A stretch of DNA of 64,000 nucleotides from Candidatus Multivorans sp. (lineage in GTDB: Bacteria > Acidobacteriota > Thermoanaerobaculia > Multivoradales > Multivoraceae). The stretch spans positions 3,200,001 to 3,264,000 of the forward strand of contig OZ251997.1 in NCBI GenBank assembly GCA_965247095.1, in the 5' to 3' direction. The notes under the pieces are model-generated. The model made no database searches. It had not been told where the DNA came from and saw only the letters and a program-made list of their open reading frames with translations. Position numbers and translations under genes: made by a program. This document shows, piece after piece, positions 59,668 to 64,000 of this stretch; positions within the stretch are counted from its first letter, which is position 1, and each line of letters begins with the position of its first letter.

Positions 59668-60719
59668 CTCTCGGCGCCGCAGCGCTCGCTGAACGCGCCG
59701 GTGATCGACTCCCGGTAGGGCGGCCGGAGCACGCCGGCATCGGTGATCAGCGCGGTCACGAGCTCGGCCGGCGTGATGTCGAAGGCCAGGTTGAGTGCTT
59801 CGGTGCCCTGCGGCGCAATGCGCTTGCCGAAGGCGTGGACCACCTCCTCGGCGTCGCGCTCCTCGATCGGGATGTCGGACCCGGATGCCGTGTCGCGATC
59901 GATCGTCGACAGCGGCGCCGCGACGTAGAAGGGAACGCCGTGCCGGGCCGCGAGCACGGCGACGGAGTACGTGCCGACCTTGTTCGCGACATCGCCGTTG
60001 GCGGCGATCCGGTCGGCGCCGACGACGATCTTCTGGACCCAGCCGCGCGCGATGATCGCGCCGGCACTGTTGTCCGTGATCAGGCGGTGCGGGATCTCTA
60101 GCCGCGCCAGCTCCCACGTGGTCAACCGCGAGCCCTGGAGCAGCGGCCGGGTCTCGTCGACCCAGACGCTGGCCAGCCGCCCGGCCGACCAGGCCGCTTC
60201 GACCACGCCGATCGCCGTGCCGTAGCCCGCCGTAGCCAGGGCGCCGGCGTTGCAATGCGTCAGGACCCGGTCGCCCTGCTCGAACAGCTCCCGGCCGAAC
60301 CTGCCGATCCGGCGGTTCGCCTCGACATCCTGCCGGTGCAGGTCGCGGGCCCAGTCGAGCAGCCGGGCGCGGAGCTCATCCCGCTCGCCGGCTTCGATGC
60401 AGCGGTCATGGAGTGCGCGGCCCTGGTCCAGGGCCCAGCGCAGGTTGACCGCCGTCGGCCGGGTGGAGAGAAGCAGGTCGTAGGCGGCGCCGAAGTCGTC
60501 AGCGCCGACAACCAGCCCGTAGGCCGCGGCCACGCCGATGGCCGGCGCGCCGCGCACGGAGAGGCGGCGGATCGCCCCAGCAACGTCCTCGGGGCAGCGG
60601 CATGGAAGCCAGACCTCCCGCTCGGGCAGCAGGGTCTGATCCAGCAGCAGCAGTTCGTCGCCGGACCAGCGAATGGGCGAGAAGCCCTCCGCCGTTGCGC
60701 CTGCCTTCGGGGCCTCCAT
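59664..60719 (-). CDS. mtnA: S-methyl-5-thioribose-1-phosphate isomerase
   Basis: LDQTLLP, VRGAPAIG, TRPTAVNL, THCNAGALAT, ETRP, GADRIAANGD.ANKVGTY, FDITP. Confidence 0.95.
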   Translation of the reverse strand: MEAPKAGATAEGFSPIRWSGDELLLLDQTLLPEREVWLPCRCPEDVAGAIRRLSVRGAPAIGVAAAYGLVVGADDFGAAYDLLLSTRPTAVNLRWALDQGRALHDRCIEAGERDELRARLLDWARDLHRQDVEANRRIGRFGRELFEQGDRVLTHCNAGALATAGYGTAIGVVEAAWSAGRLASVWVDETRPLLQGSRLTTWELARLEIPHRLITDNSAGAIIARGWVQKIVVGADRIAANGDVANKVGTYSVAVLAARHGVPFYVAAPLSTIDRDTASGSDIPIEERDAEEVVHAFGKRIAPQGTEALNLAFDITPAELVTALITDAGVLRPPYRESITGAFSERCGAES

Positions 60720-60774
60720 GCGGCGAAGCGTAGCGCGCTGCAACTGTGGCGCGTTCGGCCTGCGTCGGCTCTAC

Positions 60775-61404
60775 CTAGAGCCCCTTCCACTGCTCGCGTT
60801 CGCGGACGTAGCGCAGGATCTGGATCTTCCCGGTGCGGTTGTAAACCCGTACCGCGAACAGGTGGTAGCCGTCGGTGAGGAAGACAGTGCCCGGGCTCGC
60901 GGTGCCGACCGGGCTGAAGGAAGCGATGTCGCTGCGGCCGAACCGCACTGGATCGTCCAAACGATCGAGCCGGCCTGAGCCCGTGAACTCCCTGGGCTCC
61001 AGGTCCTCCGGGATGCCGAAACGAACGCCGCTGCCGACGTGAAGCAATCGCGCCGGACGCCCTATCCGTGGATCGGTACCGGCGCTCAGATCCGCGGTGC
61101 GCACGCCGTCGCCGTCGCCGTCCGCGTAGAGCGAAAAGAACGCGACCGCGGTGTCCGCATCGGATTCCTGCACCTCGAAGCGGACGGCGACTGCGACACC
61201 GTGGTGGACCGCACTGCCCCGCGCGGTCCACAGCGTCGAGGCAACCTCGGCGGCTGCAAGCCGCACGCGATGTTGAGCAATCTGCTGGCGCAGCGGGGGC
61301 ACAGTGAGCGTGGCCAGCAATGCAAGAATCATCATCGTAATCAGGAGCTCGAGAAGAGTGAAGCCACTCTTACCCTTCGCACCCCGGCAGTCCGGAAGAA
61401 ACAT
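60775..61404 (-). CDS. GspH/FimT-family minor pilin (prepilin N-methylation site)
   Basis: KSG|FTLLELLI hydrophobic helix; F.P.GTASPGTV; alternative start 61485. Confidence 0.8.
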   Translation of the reverse strand: MFLPDCRGAKGKSGFTLLELLITMMILALLATLTVPPLRQQIAQHRVRLAAAEVASTLWTARGSAVHHGVAVAVRFEVQESDADTAVAFFSLYADGDGDGVRTADLSAGTDPRIGRPARLLHVGSGVRFGIPEDLEPREFTGSGRLDRLDDPVRFGRSDIASFSPVGTASPGTVFLTDGYHLFAVRVYNRTGKIQILRYVREREQWKGL

Positions 61405-61462
61405 GGAGGCGGGCGAAGACCCGCCCGCCTCCTTGCCGTCGAGCGCTACGATTCCGTGCCGA

Positions 61463-61837
61463 TCAGGGGCCGTCGGTGGGGCCATCCGACCCTGACGATT
61501 CGTCGGCGCCGGTCTGCTCCTTGGGGACTCGCACCTTCTCCGTCAATGTCGTGTCCCCCTCGATCGTCACGTACGACCGCATGCGCTCGAACGATCGCTC
61601 GCCGATGCCGCGGACGAGCATCAGGTCCGCGGCCGACTCGAACTTGCCGTTCTCCGTGCGGAACTCCATGATCCTCCCCGCCGTCGACGGCCCGACGCCG
61701 GGCAGGAGGGAGAGCGCGGCAGCATCCGCAGTGTTGATGTTGACTACGCCTTCAGCCGCTCCGGCAGGCAACGCCGCCACCATGCCAAGCATGAGCACTG
61801 CCACCGACGCGATCTTCTTACTTCTTGTCATCTTCAT
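61463..61837 (-). CDS. comEA: ComEA-like helix-hairpin-helix DNA-binding protein
   Basis: Signal peptide; VNINTA...LPGVGP..A.RI...R...G.F...DL..VRGIG. Confidence 0.85.
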   Translation of the reverse strand: MKMTRSKKIASVAVLMLGMVAALPAGAAEGVVNINTADAAALSLLPGVGPSTAGRIMEFRTENGKFESAADLMLVRGIGERSFERMRSYVTIEGDTTLTEKVRVPKEQTGADESSGSDGPTDGP

Positions 61838-61905
61838 CTCCGTTGGCCCCCGTAGGGGTTTTCGTATTGGTCAAAACCGCCATCCAGGAGCAAGAATCGG
61901 GGAAT

Positions 61906-61935
61906 ACCAGGGGGACACCGAGGTGTCCCCCTGGT
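61906..61935. promoter_or_regulatory. Perfect 14-bp inverted repeat upstream of comEA
   Basis: ACCAGGGGGACACC-GA-GGTGTCCCCCTGGT. Confidence 0.6.
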
Positions 61936-62054
61936 CCCTTGCCAACTTGGGCTTTCCTGCTACCCCTTGGACACCTCCTTGCTCCCGAATGTATAGATGC
62001 CACCCCTTCTTTCAAGTTCTCGGCCAACCTGCGTAGATCCCATAAGATCGTTGG

Positions 62055-62067
62055 AATCAATAAGTTA
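62055..62067 (+). promoter_or_regulatory. IHF-consensus-like site
   Basis: AATCAATAAGTTA matches WATCAANNNNTTR in an AT-rich divergent intergenic region. Confidence 0.4.
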
Positions 62068-62288
62068 TGGAATCGTCAGGAACGAGTAACGAAGCCGTTC
62101 GTCAAGAGACCTTGACCCGTTCGTCCGGTTCCGGGCCGCATCTTGCTCACTTGGCGAGAGCTGCGGCTGCGACGGCGTGCTGTCAAGCAAGCTGGACCGA
62201 ATCCAAGACTTTCGACACGCGTAGGGGGCCGATCAGGCCCCAGGGGCGCCCATCGCCCGGCGGCCCGCTCGTGTAGATTAGCCAGCCG

Positions 62289-63026
62289 ATGGCGAGCGGT
62301 GAGAACAAGGTTCCGGAATCCGCGGGCGGACGCCGCACGTCCGTGATCCGCGAGTACGTCGAGGCCCTGATCGTCGCGGCCGTCTTCCTCGGCTTCACGA
62401 ACAACTTCGTCCTGAAGACCTTCTACATCCCCAGCGCTTCGATGGAGAACACGCTGCTGGTGGGCGACCACCTGTTCGTGAACCGCTACATCTTCGGGCC
62501 CCGCCCCTCGAAGCTGGAGCAGGCGCTTCTCCCGGGCCGCGACGTGCGGCGGGGCGACATCGTGATCTTCCGGTCGCCCGAGACGCCGAAGATCGACCTG
62601 GTGAAGCGCTGCATCGGTCTGCCCGGCGATGAGCTCCGGATGGTGGACAAGCAACTCGTCCTGAACGGCCAGGAGGTGGACGACGACGCCTACGCGATCT
62701 ACCAGGACACCAGCATCTACCGTTCGACGGGGCCGTCCGGCGCCTATCAGACGCGCCGGGACAACTGGGGGCCGCTCCTCGTCCCCAGGGATCACCTCTT
62801 CTGCCTGGGCGACAACCGGGACCACTCCCACGATTCCCGCTTCTGGGGGCCCGTGCCCATGGCCCATGTCAAGGGCCGGGCGGTGATGGTCTACTGGTCG
62901 TACGGAGGCGAGACCCCGGACGGCACGTGGCGCGGTCTCGGTCACCGCCTGAAACAGCTCGCGAACACAGCTCTGGGCTTCGTGACCAAGACCCGCTGGA
63001 AGCGCACCTTCAAGGTGATCCGCTAG
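62289..63026 (+). CDS. lepB: Signal peptidase I
   Basis: IPSASMENTLLVGD, LVKRCIGLPGD, GDNRDHSHDSRFWG. Confidence 0.95.
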   Translation: MASGENKVPESAGGRRTSVIREYVEALIVAAVFLGFTNNFVLKTFYIPSASMENTLLVGDHLFVNRYIFGPRPSKLEQALLPGRDVRRGDIVIFRSPETPKIDLVKRCIGLPGDELRMVDKQLVLNGQEVDDDAYAIYQDTSIYRSTGPSGAYQTRRDNWGPLLVPRDHLFCLGDNRDHSHDSRFWGPVPMAHVKGRAVMVYWSYGGETPDGTWRGLGHRLKQLANTALGFVTKTRWKRTFKVIR

Positions 63027-63044
63027 CGCTGCCGGGTCGAGCCC

Positions 63045-63695
63045 GTGAGATTTCGTCTGAGCATCGGGCGCCTCAGAATGTGGCGCGACGGCGCGGACGT
63101 GCTGCTCGTCGCGGCCATCCTCGCCCTGTTCGTCCGGGCCTTCCTGGTTCAGGCCTATCGCATTCCTTCCGGGTCGATGGAACCAGCGCTGATGGTCGGC
63201 GACCACCTGCTGATCAACAAGTTCATCTTCGGCGCCGGCGCGGGTCGCTGGGGACCGCTCGTACCCCAACGCGAGGTGCGCCCCGGCGACCTGGTCACCT
63301 TCCGCGGCATCGAGGATCCCGCCCACGAGCTGCTGAAGCGCTGCTTGGCGACCGGCGGCACGGAGGTGGAAATCGACTCGAAGAAGCTCCGCCTCGACGG
63401 TCGCGAAGTCGACGAGACGGCCTACGTCGTCCACTCGGACGATCGGGTCTATCCCCGGTCGGAGTTCCTTCACGAGAGTTTCTGGCGCCGCGATGCGTAT
63501 GGTCCCGAACCCGTGCCGGCCGGGAGCCTCTTCTGTCTCGGCGACAACCGCGACATATCCCGCGACTCGCGCTTCTTTGGCCCCGTCGGAACCGAACTGG
63601 TGCGCGGTCGGCCGTTACTCGTCTACTGGTCGCGTGACGCGGAAGCCGGGAGATGGGCGATCCGCTGGCGGCGAACCTTCCACGTCCCGCGTTGA
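63045..63695 (+). CDS. lepB: Signal peptidase I, second paralog
   Basis: IPSGSMEP.L.VGD, LLKRC, GDNRD.S.DSRFFG. Confidence 0.92.
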   Translation: MRFRLSIGRLRMWRDGADVLLVAAILALFVRAFLVQAYRIPSGSMEPALMVGDHLLINKFIFGAGAGRWGPLVPQREVRPGDLVTFRGIEDPAHELLKRCLATGGTEVEIDSKKLRLDGREVDETAYVVHSDDRVYPRSEFLHESFWRRDAYGPEPVPAGSLFCLGDNRDISRDSRFFGPVGTELVRGRPLLVYWSRDAEAGRWAIRWRRTFHVPR

Positions 63696-63723
63696 TCCGT
63701 CCCGGGGCACTGCCTCCCGCGCA

Positions 63724-64000
63724 TCAGGCGCCGGCCGCCGCCAACTCCGCCAGGGCTGCGTCGGGGTCGGCGGCCTGAGTCAGCGGCCGCCCGATCACCA
63801 TCAGGTCCGCCCCGGACCGCAGCGCTGCCGCCGGCGTCGCGACGCGACGCTGATCGTCGCTCGCGGAACCCCCGAAGCGGATTCCCGGGCTCACCAACAG
63901 CAGCTCCGGCCCAAGTCGCTTGCGCAGGGAGGCCAACTCGAGCGGCGAACAGACCACGCCGGCGCAACCGGCGCGCTGCGCTGTCGACGCCCAGGCCAGA
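63724..64000 (-). CDS. pyrF: Orotidine-5'-phosphate decarboxylase, 5' partial
   Basis: [30 protein letters not shown]. Confidence 0.92.
   Translation of the reverse strand, partial: LAWASTAQRAGCAGVVCSPLELASLRKRLGPELLLVSPGIRFGGSASDDQRRVATPAAALRSGADLMVIGRPLTQAADPDAALAELAAAGA

Overview
High-GC bacterial chromosomal window. The gene set (Oar-like TonB receptors, tandem lepB, bshA/bshC, giant Ig-repeat surface protein) suggests Acidobacteriota, possibly host-associated; this is inference only. 1-28 kb is accessory: a heavy-metal RND/TolC end, secreted hydrolases, a decayed single-polypeptide restriction-modification gene, an ABC-2 exporter, a TA pair and a TetR/acyl-CoA dehydrogenase cluster. 28-42 kb is core: tRNA-Arg, thiG, tsaD, pgk-tpiA-secG-tRNA-Leu, ppi, mobA, yidD, bshA/C, dusB. 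42-64 kb holds phd-vapC, a ~1730-aa adhesin, a penicillin acylase, tmRNA, two TonB receptors, a complete IS630, mtnA, comEA/fimT, two lepB and partial pyrF. The most striking unexplained structure is a modular palindromic repeat family. A ~29-bp REP-like hairpin occurs alone or carrying a 68/69-bp two-hairpin module with compensatory stem changes. The 69-bp module also occurs alone, inserted in-frame inside a prolyl oligopeptidase gene. A second, unrelated 105-bp palindromic element sits in-frame in a VOC-family gene. Also notable: repeated internal deletions in accessory genes, an uncharacterised small-ORF + membrane-protein pair beside the dead R-M gene, and an apparently catalytically dead NYN protein followed by a 162-bp inverted-repeat element.
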